From a virus: a stretch of DNA of 30,803 nucleotides. This document shows positions 9,723 to 17,210 of the stretch, in pieces. Position 1 is the stretch's first letter. Every line of letters begins with the position of its first letter. The translations under genes and the position numbers were made by a program. The stretch lies in the UHGV virus genome UHGV-0140727; one strand, written 5' to 3'. Under the pieces are notes generated by a model. That model made no database searches and had not been told where the DNA came from. It worked only from the letters and a program-made list of their open reading frames with translations.

Positions 9723-11197
9723 TATTTATTTGCCTTATTTGCTGTGCTTGGGTCTTTCGCTGAAGGTGTCTTTGCAGTACCTTCTCCAGCGGTCTTATAA
9801 CCATCTCCTGAACGGCTTTGGCTATTTGGAGAAAGCTTTTCAGATACTGGCTGAGACTCATCAGCAGGAGGAAGACCAATATGCTCTCTAAGCTTGTTAG
9901 ATAGCTCTTTGTCAACTTCCAAAGCACCTACTGCAACAGTCTTCTGGATATAAGAACCAATTGCTTCAAGGTCTGGAGTTTCGATATCATCATAAGTGAT
10001 TTGTACATGTTCTTCATCGTCCCACATATTAAGAGCATAAGTCTGTGCAACTAAATCACGGTTAATTACGTTCTTAATTTGCTTCAGCAGGATATCTACC
10101 GACATCGCTAGTAAGCTTGTCTTAGAATCCGCAAGAGAGAATGAACCATATTTTGACTGACCCATAGCAAGAACATCTGACATAAATGCCATCATAATCT
10201 GCTTGGAATATCTGTCAATAATAGAGCCTGTATCGTATGCTTTAGCACCCTGTCTAGAAACTAATGAGAACTCGAAAATATCCTCTTTAGTATCTGGGTC
10301 GATATATCTAGGCCAGATTAAACCTGCTCTATCATTAGCAATCATATCGTTAACAACAGTTTTGCAGTATTGTACGAAAGCTTTCTTTTCAGGTTCTGCA
10401 TTTTCATCCAGATAATCTGGTGGTAAACCAATCTTTGGCATACCTACCAAGTCTCTTGAAACACCAACAGCTTCGTACTCTTCAATCTGAACTTTATACT
10501 TCCACGGTACATAGGCATTAAGTAATGGTGAACGACCTTCTGGGTTTCCATATTCATCGTCATACTTAAACAGCATGAATTTAGCTCGTGGGAGTTTTCT
10601 TGTTAGTGGTCTTTCTCCGAGATTAATTGCTCCAGCAATATGTGAAACATTTCTCAGATTCTGCCTAACACCAGTAACTTTTCTAAAGTCTTCGTCAAAA
10701 TACCACTTATCAAGCGTTGACTGGTTTCTGATTGGTAATTTAGCCCATCCAATTAGACCATCATCAAATTTTGACTGGTACTTTCCTTTCTTACCCTGAC
10801 GCTTCTTATAAACTTTCTCGTTAACACAGAACCCATAAGTGCAGAATGACATTACAGAATTAATAAAATCTGCCCAATCATGCTCCATGTCATCCATTAA
10901 AGAATTAAAGAAGTCTGCTCTTTCAAGCATTTTAGGGTCTTGCTCTTTTCCCTTTGGAGGTACGAATCTCCAGTTGACTTTTCTGACAAACATCTTAATA
11001 ATATTTACAGATGCTGCTACAGCAGGGTCACGCATCATTAATTGGAAAGTTTTAATACTTTCAGGGAACCTTAGTGCCTGACGAGGTTCTTCATAGATTC
11101 TTCCATTCTTAACCTTCAGACCCAAAGAACCTACTTCACCCATTCTAAATGGTGGTAAGCTTTCTTGTGTTTCTGTAATATCTGCCATTCTTCTCAC
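9722..11197 (-). CDS. Portal protein
   Basis: 491-aa ORF directly downstream of the terminase large subunit. Size and position fit a lambda-type portal; the C-terminal tail is low-complexity. Confidence 0.6.
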   Translation of the reverse strand: MRRMADITETQESLPPFRMGEVGSLGLKVKNGRIYEEPRQALRFPESIKTFQLMMRDPAVAASVNIIKMFVRKVNWRFVPPKGKEQDPKMLERADFFNSLMDDMEHDWADFINSVMSFCTYGFCVNEKVYKKRQGKKGKYQSKFDDGLIGWAKLPIRNQSTLDKWYFDEDFRKVTGVRQNLRNVSHIAGAINLGERPLTRKLPRAKFMLFKYDDEYGNPEGRSPLLNAYVPWKYKVQIEEYEAVGVSRDLVGMPKIGLPPDYLDENAEPEKKAFVQYCKTVVNDMIANDRAGLIWPRYIDPDTKEDIFEFSLVSRQGAKAYDTGSIIDRYSKQIMMAFMSDVLAMGQSKYGSFSLADSKTSLLAMSVDILLKQIKNVINRDLVAQTYALNMWDDEEHVQITYDDIETPDLEAIGSYIQKTVAVGALEVDKELSNKLREHIGLPPADESQPVSEKLSPNSQSRSGDGYKTAGEGTAKTPSAKDPSTANKANK

Positions 11198-11204
11198 CTA
11201 GCTA

Positions 11205-12821
11205 TCAACGTCTAAGCCCCTCATATGGGTTTCCTCTCACTAAGTCTGTGTGAGCACCCATTGATGGTGGCTTGAATAATTTAACTTCGTTAAGACTGTT
11301 GAAAGCATCACTGGTAGCATCCACTTGGTCATCTTTAGTTTTGCCATCACCACAAAAGCCTTCAAGCTCTTGAAAGTAAGCTTCGTTCCAACTACCTCTC
11401 AAGACTTTTACAAGTCCAGCTTCAGAAGCAGCAGAAAATCCCGCAAAGCGGGTAACTTTATCTTTATTTGTTGGTTTAGCTCTTGCACGATAGCCTTTCT
11501 CGGCAAGTTTCCTGATGAGGGATGTTGCGTAGGATTTACCAGCAGCGCCTGGGTCTTGAGGGATAAAAATACCAGTTCGCTTACCGTCACTTTCAGCAGT
11601 CAAATTAATTTGTGTTTCGACTCCAGAGGGTCTATCTCTAAATCTTACTACATCAATGATATAATAGCAACCGTCTTTTTTAGATTTACCCATCTTAACA
11701 CCTGCTGTCCAGTCTGGGTTAGGGTTAATCTCAGATGGTAAAGTTGCTGCTAAGTCCCATGCTCTAACATCAAATACATCTTCTGGGAGTGAATCAACAA
11801 TCTCACACCATTGTCTTTGCCAGTAGTTTGAACCTTCTGCACGAGCCTTCCAGTTACCGAAACGAAGTCTTGCAACGTTTACAGGAGTGTTGTTTTCCAA
11901 CTTACCACGGTACTTAGGCTCTAAGAAGTCAAGGATTGGGTTATCATCAATCGTACCAGAGATGAAGGTGTATGTTTGAGGAATCTCAAGAGGGAACATT
12001 TCAAGAATCTTGTCTCTCTCCCAATCAGACACCATCACACCATCATTCATTACATACCAACGAATACGACCACACTTTTCAGGGTCTGGGTAACCTTCTT
12101 CATCTAAGAATGGCTCTACCCAATCATAAATAAAATGGTCTCTGTCTGGGTTCATGGAAATCTTCATGTATGAATCACCTTCAGCACCAGAACGTAGACG
12201 GGTTTGTAGGTATGAAATCTGTGAAGCAGAGAAGTGTGTACCTTCGTCAAAGTAAATAGCTGAGTATTCAATACCCTGATGACCTTCAGCGTGCTTTTCA
12301 AGTTCTAGGTAGGTAAACTTGATAGTTGCCCCAGAAGGGAATGTGATAGTCATTTTCTGCTCGTGAGGAATCCCACCAAACTTACCAAATAGTTTCTTTG
12401 CAGCAGGCCATAAACCACCTTGTAACTGTGTTGTATTTCGACGGAAATATACAGCATTATAGTTAGGGTCTTCAATAAATCTTAAAGAGTCCATTAACAA
12501 TGCGGCAGTTTTACCAGCACCAGCAGCACCACCATAAAGAACCAAGTCAGCATTAGTGTTTAAAAAGACCTCTTGAGAACCCGGCTGAGGGGCTACATAG
12601 TTCTTATCAGTCATCAATTTAAAGATGAGGCGAACTTGGTCTGGTGTGTATCTTAATAAAGTCAGAATTTGAGTTGGAAGGAATTTAGAGGGGTCTTTAC
12701 CGAATGATTTGATAATTTCTTTTACTTCATCAGAAAGCCCCAACTCTCCAGCTAGGACTTTCCTAACATCTTCCACTCGCTTCTGCTTAACAGCATTTAA
12801 GTCCATTAAGCACCTCCGCAA
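11205..12821 (-). CDS. Terminase large subunit
   Basis: 538-aa ORF with a Walker A P-loop (LYGGAAGAGKTAAL) in the N-terminal ATPase region and an acidic C-terminal nuclease-like region, followed by the portal gene. Confidence 0.8.
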   Translation of the reverse strand: MRRCLMDLNAVKQKRVEDVRKVLAGELGLSDEVKEIIKSFGKDPSKFLPTQILTLLRYTPDQVRLIFKLMTDKNYVAPQPGSQEVFLNTNADLVLYGGAAGAGKTAALLMDSLRFIEDPNYNAVYFRRNTTQLQGGLWPAAKKLFGKFGGIPHEQKMTITFPSGATIKFTYLELEKHAEGHQGIEYSAIYFDEGTHFSASQISYLQTRLRSGAEGDSYMKISMNPDRDHFIYDWVEPFLDEEGYPDPEKCGRIRWYVMNDGVMVSDWERDKILEMFPLEIPQTYTFISGTIDDNPILDFLEPKYRGKLENNTPVNVARLRFGNWKARAEGSNYWQRQWCEIVDSLPEDVFDVRAWDLAATLPSEINPNPDWTAGVKMGKSKKDGCYYIIDVVRFRDRPSGVETQINLTAESDGKRTGIFIPQDPGAAGKSYATSLIRKLAEKGYRARAKPTNKDKVTRFAGFSAASEAGLVKVLRGSWNEAYFQELEGFCGDGKTKDDQVDATSDAFNSLNEVKLFKPPSMGAHTDLVRGNPYEGLRR

Positions 12822-12827
12822 ATAGAA

Positions 12828-13028
12828 TTATTCAGAGTCTGTAGCAGTCTCTTCTTTCTTAACTTCGAACTTTGCATCAACAGCATCAAGAAGTGCATCC
12901 ATAGATGCTTCTTTAATATCAATACCTGTTGCTACAGACAATCTGTCTGCAATTGCCATGATAGTATTCTGCATAAATTCTAGTTTCTTATTAGCTTCAT
13001 AAAGTTCTTTATAAACGGTCTCGCTCAT
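12828..13028 (-). CDS. Hypothetical small protein upstream of terminase
   Basis: 66-aa acidic ORF ending 7 nt before the terminase start. Too small and featureless to call a small terminase subunit. Confidence 0.4.
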   Translation of the reverse strand: MSETVYKELYEANKKLEFMQNTIMAIADRLSVATGIDIKEASMDALLDAVDAKFEVKKEETATDSE

Positions 13029-13064
13029 TATGTTTTCTCCAAACAGTTAACCATGTTTCCCCTT

Positions 13065-13088
13065 AAAAAAGACGGTACAGAGACCGTC
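13065..13088 (-). terminator. Putative intrinsic terminator (minus strand) between the tRNA array and the packaging genes
   Basis: Perfect hairpin gacggt-acagag-accgtc (13071-13088) with A6 on the plus strand at 13065-13070, which is a U-run after the hairpin on the minus transcript. Confidence 0.4.
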
Positions 13089-13250
13089 AAGGAGAAACCA
13101 CAATGTACGTCAGAGACATACTGTATAAGGCTTCTTATAAAGTATAACTCTGTAAAAAAGCCCTGTCTAAAAATACTCTTCGGTAGCGAAAGGAAGAATA
13201 CTGATAGCAGGGCATTATTATTATTTTAATTGAGAGAGAGTAAAATAACT

Positions 13251-13326
13251 TGGAGAATCCGAAGGGACTCGAACCCTTATAAACCTGTTTTGCAGACAGG
13301 CACATAGCCATTTCTGTCACGGATTC
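13251..13326 (-). tRNA. tRNA-Cys (anticodon GCA)
   Basis: Hand fold on the minus strand: perfect 7-bp acceptor (gaatccg/cggattc), T-arm AAGGG-ACTCGAA-CCCTT on the plus strand, anticodon stem CCTGT/ACAGG with loop CUGCAAA, CCA encoded. Confidence 0.75.
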
Positions 13327-13330
13327 AAAT

Positions 13331-13423
13331 TGGAGGAAGATACCAGACTTGAACTGGTACACCGATTTCTCAGCTACTGGCAGTTTAGCAAACTGCTCCC
13401 TTACCTTTTAGGGTTAATCTTCC
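13331..13423 (-). tRNA. tRNA-Ser (anticodon GCU), type II
   Basis: 93 nt. Perfect acceptor (GGAAGAT/ATCTTCC), T-arm ACCAG-TTCAAGT-CTGGT, anticodon stem GCAGT/ACTGC with loop UUGCUAA, long variable arm, CCA encoded. Confidence 0.7.
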
Positions 13424-13424
13424 A

Positions 13425-14159
13425 TTATTTCTGTAATGCGTTCTTCATTTCTGGTGTTGCAATAGTGTCAATTACACCAGTTTTACAAGCATCATCAAAC
13501 CAGTCTGGTAAGATACCTGCTAAGAACCCATTGATATTCGTTTTAAGGTACTCTGCAATAAGGGCAGCTTCTTCTTCAATCATCTGCACAACTTCATCTG
13601 CATAAGCTGTAATCTTTGAGATACCTTCATTAATCTTACTGACAGCTTGGTTAGCTAAATCAGAAACAGTATCAAGACCCTTATCAATAGCATCTTGTAA
13701 GTCACTTAACACACCATTAACACTATCTAGTGTACTGTTAATCATGTCAATAGCTTTTTGACCATACTCTGTAGCAACACCCATAATACCACTGAATGGT
13801 GTACAACCAACTTGTTCTCCTGCTGCACCCATAACATTGGAGTATCCCTTTGCTACCTGCATACGTGATGAAAACTCATCAATAGACTTTTGACCGTAGT
13901 CTGTTAAGGTCTTAGTGGTTGCTGTAGTGCTTGTCAGGCTTGTTGTAAAGCTGTTTAGAAGGACTGTTGTAAGCCCAGCAGCAACAAGTTTCTCCTTCAT
14001 TGTAGGGTCTGTTACAGAGCTAATAGAGCTTACAAGTGATGTAGAGGCAGATACGGTTCCACCGAGAACTGCTGCACCAGTAATAAGTGGGTTAGAAAAC
14101 CCTTTACCGGTTTTTAAGAGATTAAAAATCTCCTTACCTTGTTCTGTCATCTCTTTCAT
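13425..14159 (-). CDS. Hypothetical Ser/Thr-rich protein embedded between tRNA genes
   Basis: ORF track gives 13425-14222, but the first 21 codons overlap a tRNA. The internal ATG at 14157-14159 has an AAAGGTG ribosome-binding site upstream. The protein has a low-complexity Ser/Thr-rich segment and a helical C-terminal half. Confidence 0.45.
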   Translation of the reverse strand: MKEMTEQGKEIFNLLKTGKGFSNPLITGAAVLGGTVSASTSLVSSISSVTDPTMKEKLVAAGLTTVLLNSFTTSLTSTTATTKTLTDYGQKSIDEFSSRMQVAKGYSNVMGAAGEQVGCTPFSGIMGVATEYGQKAIDMINSTLDSVNGVLSDLQDAIDKGLDTVSDLANQAVSKINEGISKITAYADEVVQMIEEEAALIAEYLKTNINGFLAGILPDWFDDACKTGVIDTIATPEMKNALQK

Positions 14160-14176
14160 TAAGCACCTTTGAAATT

Positions 14177-14244
14177 GGTAGCCCAGTGGGATTTGAACCC
14201 TCTTCTCATGTTTTTCAGACACGCGCTTTAACCATATAAGCTAC
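14177..14244 (-). tRNA. tRNA-like, probable tRNA-Phe (anticodon GAA), atypical D region
   Basis: T-arm (GAGGG-TTCAAAT-CCCAC), anticodon stem-loop CGTGT-CUGAAAA-ACATG and a 7-bp acceptor with two G-U pairs are present. No convincing D-stem could be folded and CCA is not clearly encoded. Ends approximate. Confidence 0.4.
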
Positions 14245-14257
14245 TTGGACTATAAAT

Positions 14258-14333
14258 TGGGGTGACCTACGGGATTTGAACCCGTATAGACCATGTTCAC
14301 AGCATGGGTCATTACCATTTATGATAAGGCCAC
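14258..14333 (-). tRNA. tRNA-His (anticodon GUG)
   Basis: T-arm ACGGG-TTCAAAT-CCCGT (sense), anticodon stem CCATG/CATGG with loop CUGUGAA, 7-bp acceptor with one G-U pair, discriminator C, CCA encoded. Confidence 0.7.
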
Positions 14334-14364
14334 ATTTAAGGACTCTCGTAAGAATCCTTAGAAG

Positions 14365-14440
14365 TGGCAGCGGCATAAGGATTTGAACCTTAATAAGACA
14401 GCTTCAGAGACTGCTGCATTGCCAGTTATGCTATACCGCT
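14365..14440 (-). tRNA. tRNA-Gln (anticodon CUG)
   Basis: T-arm TAAGG-TTCAAAT-CCTTA, D-stem GCAT/ATGC, anticodon loop CUCUGAA on a stem with two terminal G-U pairs, 7-bp acceptor, CCA encoded. Confidence 0.55.
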
Positions 14441-14445
14441 AAATT

Positions 14446-14516
14446 TGGTACTCCATATCGGATTCGAACCGATACATAACACAGATTTTAAGTCTGGCCT
14501 CTCTGCCAATTGGAGT
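14446..14516 (-). tRNA. Compact tRNA-like gene, anticodon UAA (Leu-type anticodon, no long variable arm)
   Basis: 71 nt. Clean T-arm ATCGG-TTCGAAT-CCGAT, 6-bp acceptor plus mismatch, CCA encoded. The only anticodon-like loop is CUUAAAA on a 4-bp stem; the D-stem is 3-4 bp and shares nucleotides with the anticodon stem. Atypical. Confidence 0.4.
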
Positions 14517-14526
14517 AATGGAGCAT

Positions 14527-14602
14527 TGGCGGGGGATGTTGGAATTGAACCAACTTCTTCGATTTCAAAGACCGAGGTTTTAACCTTGTAAACTAATCCC
14601 CT
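14527..14602 (-). tRNA. tRNA-Gln (anticodon UUG)
   Basis: T-arm GTTGG-TTCAATT-CCAAC, D-stem GTTT/AAAC, anticodon stem TCGGT/ATCGA with loop CUUUGAA, 6-bp acceptor plus a terminal mismatch, CCA encoded. Confidence 0.65.
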
Positions 14603-14610
14603 TTAAATCT

Positions 14611-15168
14611 TTACTTTCTCAGTGGATGAATAAAGAATGCCAACATAACTCTTTCCCTTGAGAATGCTCTTTCTTCTGGGACAACACTTTTTAGTTTCCA
14701 TCCAATATAAATTCTCCAGTAAAACTGTTTACCAAAGACTTTAATTGATGGTATAAAAGCGAATAATCCCCAAGCATTACTGTTCCACATTAGGAGATAA
14801 CCAGTCTGATTATCTTCAGGGTCAGAACTTACGTTGATATTACCTTTCCACTTAGTCACATCTTTTACATCTCTTCCTAATACATGGTAAGAGAAGTTAT
14901 AAGCTTTGTTTCTCCAGAGCCATCCAACTCTCTGCATGTAGACACCCAGCTTACCAATCTTTCTAATCTTAGCCCATCTTTTAACGTGGCCTTCATCACC
15001 ATCAATTGGGTTGTCATATGTCTCCATCCATCTGAACCCGAAAGGTAAGTGTCCTTTCTTCTCACTGTAGAATGGAACTACGAAAGGTGCTAAGATAACT
15101 GCTAGTATTGCTGCAAGTGGTTCTAGCAAAGCTAAGAAAATCCATGAAGCATATTTTAAGTATCTCAT
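14611..15168 (-). CDS. Hypothetical membrane protein (N-terminal transmembrane segment) inside the tRNA array
   Basis: 185-aa ORF with a hydrophobic N-terminus (WIFLALLEPLAAILAVILAPFVVPF). Its start overlaps the stop of the upstream 80-aa ORF in ATGA fashion (15165-15168). Confidence 0.5.
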   Translation of the reverse strand: MRYLKYASWIFLALLEPLAAILAVILAPFVVPFYSEKKGHLPFGFRWMETYDNPIDGDEGHVKRWAKIRKIGKLGVYMQRVGWLWRNKAYNFSYHVLGRDVKDVTKWKGNINVSSDPEDNQTGYLLMWNSNAWGLFAFIPSIKVFGKQFYWRIYIGWKLKSVVPEERAFSRERVMLAFFIHPLRK

Positions 15169-15407
15169 TGTCTAACCCTCGTAAGGAGGTAAGCATTATT
15201 ACTTGTTTCTGAGCTTTCTGGTAACATTGTCTCAAAATTGACACTTTTAAGTTGTCTTCCACCAAAGCAATGACCAATAAATCTTTCTACTTTTATTGGG
15301 TCGCATTCCCATCCGACTTTTAAGAAAATGTGGGTATCTATAGTGGGAACCCTTACAAACTCAATACTATTGGGATTTTCATGTTCAACGACGATTAATG
15401 TTTGCAT
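15165..15407 (-). CDS. Hypothetical protein, first gene of a two-gene operon inside the tRNA array
   Basis: 80-aa ORF with an AGAGGA ribosome-binding site 5 nt upstream of the ATG at 15405-15407, translationally coupled to the downstream membrane protein. Confidence 0.45.
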   Translation of the reverse strand: MQTLIVVEHENPNSIEFVRVPTIDTHIFLKVGWECDPIKVERFIGHCFGGRQLKSVNFETMLPESSETSNNAYLLTRVRQ

Positions 15408-15425
15408 AAATTCCTCTTGCTTATC

Positions 15426-15501
15426 TGGCGCAGGATAAGGGATTCGAACCCATACTAACAGTTTCGTAGACTGTTGCTCTATCCATTTGAACTAATCCTG
15501 C
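15426..15501 (-). tRNA. tRNA-Arg (anticodon ACG)
   Basis: Perfect 7-bp acceptor (GCAGGAT/ATCCTGC), T-loop TTCGAAT, perfect anticodon stem ACAGT/ACTGT with loop CUACGAA, CCA encoded. Confidence 0.75.
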
Positions 15502-15615
15502 TTACCTACGAGAACACCATACAGTTTTTCACAAACTTTGTTTTTACGTCTGTTTAGATATGACGCTCTAAACTTTTTTGCGATGGACTTATCACTCATA
15601 GTGCTCTCCTAAAAT

Positions 15616-15693
15616 TGGTGTTCCAAGACGGATTCGAACCGTCACTAATACAAGGTTTGAGCTTGCATCCTCTGCCAATTGGGATACTGGAAC
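15616..15693 (-). tRNA. tRNA with anticodon CAA (Leu-type anticodon, short variable region)
   Basis: T-arm GACGG-TTCGAAT-CCGTC, 7-bp acceptor, discriminator A, CCA encoded, anticodon stem GCAAG/CTTGT with loop CUCAAAC. Variable region is only about 6 nt, so it is not a canonical type II Leu tRNA. Confidence 0.5.
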
Positions 15694-15694
15694 A

Positions 15695-15769
15695 TGGTAC
15701 TCACTAAAGGACTTGAACCTTTTTCTTCATCTTGTAAGGGTGATGTTTTACCATATAAACTAAGCGAGT
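15695..15769 (-). tRNA. tRNA-Val (anticodon UAC)
   Basis: T-arm AAAGG-TTCAAGT-CCTTT, D-stem GTTT/AAAC, anticodon loop CUUACAA on a stem with one mismatch, 7-bp acceptor with one G-U pair, CCA encoded. Confidence 0.65.
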
Positions 15770-15864
15770 GTGAAAGAGGTCTGAAGTTGTGCCGCTAACT
15801 CAACTCCGTGGAATTTGTTACGGTCTTCAGTTGACACCAGCGGTCTTTCACTTGACCCCTGAAT

Positions 15865-15940
15865 TGGTGCTCCCACAAGGATTCGAACCCTGATAAGTTG
15901 CTTACAAGGCAACCGTAATAGCCAATTATACGATAGGAGC
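15865..15940 (-). tRNA. tRNA-Thr (anticodon UGU)
   Basis: Perfect anticodon stem GTTGC/GCAAC with loop CUUGUAA, T-loop TTCGAAT, 7-bp acceptor with one G-U pair, CCA encoded. Confidence 0.75.
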
Positions 15941-15946
15941 ATTATT

Positions 15947-16021
15947 TGGAGCATCCAGAGGGAATCGAACCCTCAACCTCAGTTTGGAAGACTGTAATTT
16001 TCCCGTTTAAACTATGGATGC
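15947..16021 (-). tRNA. tRNA-Gly (anticodon UCC)
   Basis: Perfect acceptor (GCATCCA/TGGATGC), T-arm GAGGG-TTCGATT-CCCTC, anticodon loop CUUCCAA, CCA encoded. Confidence 0.7.
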
Positions 16022-16027
16022 ACTAAT

Positions 16028-16103
16028 TGGTGGAGTCACTGAGAATTGAACTCAGTTCCCAAGTTTGCAAAACTCGAATTTTAACCATATAAACTATGAC
16101 CCC
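16028..16103 (-). tRNA. tRNA-Ala (anticodon UGC)
   Basis: T-arm CTGAG-TTCAATT-CTCAG, anticodon stem CGAGT/ACTTG with loop UUUGCAA, acceptor with one G-U pair, CCA encoded. Confidence 0.65.
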
Positions 16104-16109
16104 ATTTTT

Positions 16110-16185
16110 TGGTACAGGTGGAGGGAATTGAACCCATCGTCTTACTGATTAAGAGTCAGCCGCATAACCATTTTGCTACACCTGC
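16110..16185 (-). tRNA. tRNA-Lys (anticodon CUU)
   Basis: T-loop TTCAATT, anticodon stem GCTGA/TCAGT with loop CUCUUAA, 7-bp acceptor, CCA encoded. Confidence 0.6.
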
Positions 16186-16192
16186 ATTAATT

Positions 16193-16270
16193 TGGTAGGA
16201 GACAAGGGATTCGAACCCTCAAACATCTCGTTCTAAGCGAGATAGGTTTACCAATTACCATCAATCTCCC
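16193..16270 (-). tRNA. tRNA with anticodon UAG (Leu-type anticodon, short variable region)
   Basis: Perfect anticodon stem TCTCG/CGAGA with loop CUUAGAA, T-loop TTCGAAT, D-loop with a TTGG signature, discriminator A, CCA encoded. The 5-nt variable region makes it a type I architecture despite the Leu anticodon. Confidence 0.55.
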
Positions 16271-16352
16271 ATTAAATCTTTTTAGAGAACTTCTAAGAAC
16301 CTAAGCAACAAGGTTCCACAACAAGCTGTAATAACCTTAGAAGCCCTCTAAA

Positions 16353-16371
16353 AAGACCTAAAAAGGTCTTT
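16353..16371 (-). terminator. Weak hairpin, terminator-like, inside a 250-nt tRNA-free spacer
   Basis: Hairpin aagacc-taaaaa-ggtctt flanked by A/T runs on both sides (16350-16354, 16369-16371). Orientation ambiguous. Confidence 0.3.
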
Positions 16372-16527
16372 GCATAGTCTTGTTTAATCCGGTGACTAGA
16401 ACCTTTGGAGAGCTTGATATTATCTCTTCTCCGTGACACCTACTAGGTGCTTTATCAGTGCGTACAACAATACACGCGGTATACCAAAGCAACATCCGAA
16501 TGAAGCTTGGCTTTAAATCTTATTAGG

Positions 16528-16615
16528 CGGTAAGTAAAGGAGTCGAACCCTCACCGTATCTCTACAGTGGCAACAGTTTTCAAGACTGTTTGGCTGCCAT
16601 TAGCCGCTACCTACC
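16528..16615 (-). tRNA. tRNA-Ser (anticodon UGA), type II
   Basis: 88 nt. Perfect anticodon stem ACAGT/ACTGT with loop CUUGAAA, long variable arm, T-loop TTCGACT, 7-bp acceptor with one G-U pair. CCA is not encoded. Confidence 0.65.
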
Positions 16616-16628
16616 CCTAATAAGACTT

Positions 16629-16711
16629 TGGCATGGGACGGAGGAGTTGAACCCCTTTGAAACGGTTTTGGAGGCCGTTGCTCATGCCTTAGAGTCTTAA
16701 CATCGTCCCAT
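16629..16711 (-). tRNA. tRNA-like, probable tRNA-Trp (anticodon CCA) with extra nucleotides between acceptor and D-stem
   Basis: Perfect 7-bp acceptor (ATGGGAC/GTCCCAT), CCA encoded, T-loop TTCAACT, anticodon loop CUCCAAA. About 10 nt lie between the acceptor and the D-stem where 2 are expected. Confidence 0.45.
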
Positions 16712-16848
16712 ACTATAATTCGAAGCTTACCCTGTTATCTCAACACTGTCAAGCTTCTTCTCAGATTATTTACATGTTCTGGAAAACATGAGATACAGAC
16801 CACCTCCCTACAGGAAGACCCGCTAAGGCCGTCTAAGTAATCTGCTAA

Positions 16849-17196
16849 CTAATACTTTGCATGTCTTACCCTATGGCAATTTGAACATAGCAAAACACAT
16901 TTGTCAAGTTCATCTTTTAGTTCTTGAGAGAACTTCAGACTTTTTCTATGACCAATGTTAAAATCTTTCTCTGAAGGATTCAAATGATGGAAGTCATACA
17001 CTGCTGGATGATACCTTTTACCACAATCATGACAAACCCCACCTTTGTACTCAATAGCTGAAAGTTTAAGTGCTCTTTGTCTTTCTATGGTTTGCTCATT
17101 AACACACTTTTTACAGTATGAATGAGTTCTCTTACCATCTTTCATGTAGAAATCATTTTCATCCTTGCTAAGTTTGCACCTAATACAAGTTTTCAT
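16849..17196 (-). CDS. HNH endonuclease (homing-endonuclease-like) embedded in the tRNA array
   Basis: N-terminal CxxC...CxxC zinc-finger-like cysteines, then the HNH signature (DFHHLNPSEKDFN ... CSNCHRVRH). ORF track start at 17247 overlaps a tRNA; the ATG at 17194-17196 has a GGAG ribosome-binding site 5 nt upstream, giving 115 aa. Confidence 0.75.
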   Translation of the reverse strand: MKTCIRCKLSKDENDFYMKDGKRTHSYCKKCVNEQTIERQRALKLSAIEYKGGVCHDCGKRYHPAVYDFHHLNPSEKDFNIGHRKSLKFSQELKDELDKCVLLCSNCHRVRHAKY

Positions 17197-17210
17197 GATT
17201 TCTCCAAAAT

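Noticed and set aside
9397-11081. Several 70-80-aa plus-strand ORFs and the minus-strand ORF 9715-9927 overlapping the portal and neighbouring genes
   Set aside because: All overlap longer ORFs that fit the conserved structural gene order; no independent support.
11325-11741. Plus-strand 138-aa ORF and minus-strand 60-aa ORF inside the terminase gene
   Set aside because: Contained in the terminase large-subunit gene, which carries the Walker A motif in its own frame.
13135-13605. ORFs 13135-13362 (minus) and 13330-13605 (plus) from the ORF track
   Set aside because: They run across tRNA-Cys and tRNA-Ser and the hairpin region; explained by the RNA genes.
14877-15277. ORFs 14877-15065 and 15062-15277 (minus)
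   Set aside because: Alternative frames inside the membrane-protein operon; the 185-aa and 80-aa ORFs have ribosome-binding sites and ATGA coupling, these do not.
15495-15599. 35-aa basic ORF on the minus strand (MSDKSIAKKF...)
   Set aside because: Its 3' end overlaps the acceptor stem of tRNA-Arg and it has no ribosome-binding site; likely spacer sequence.
15760-15954. 64-aa minus-strand ORF
   Set aside because: Overlaps tRNA-Val, tRNA-Thr and tRNA-Gly; explained by the tRNA genes.
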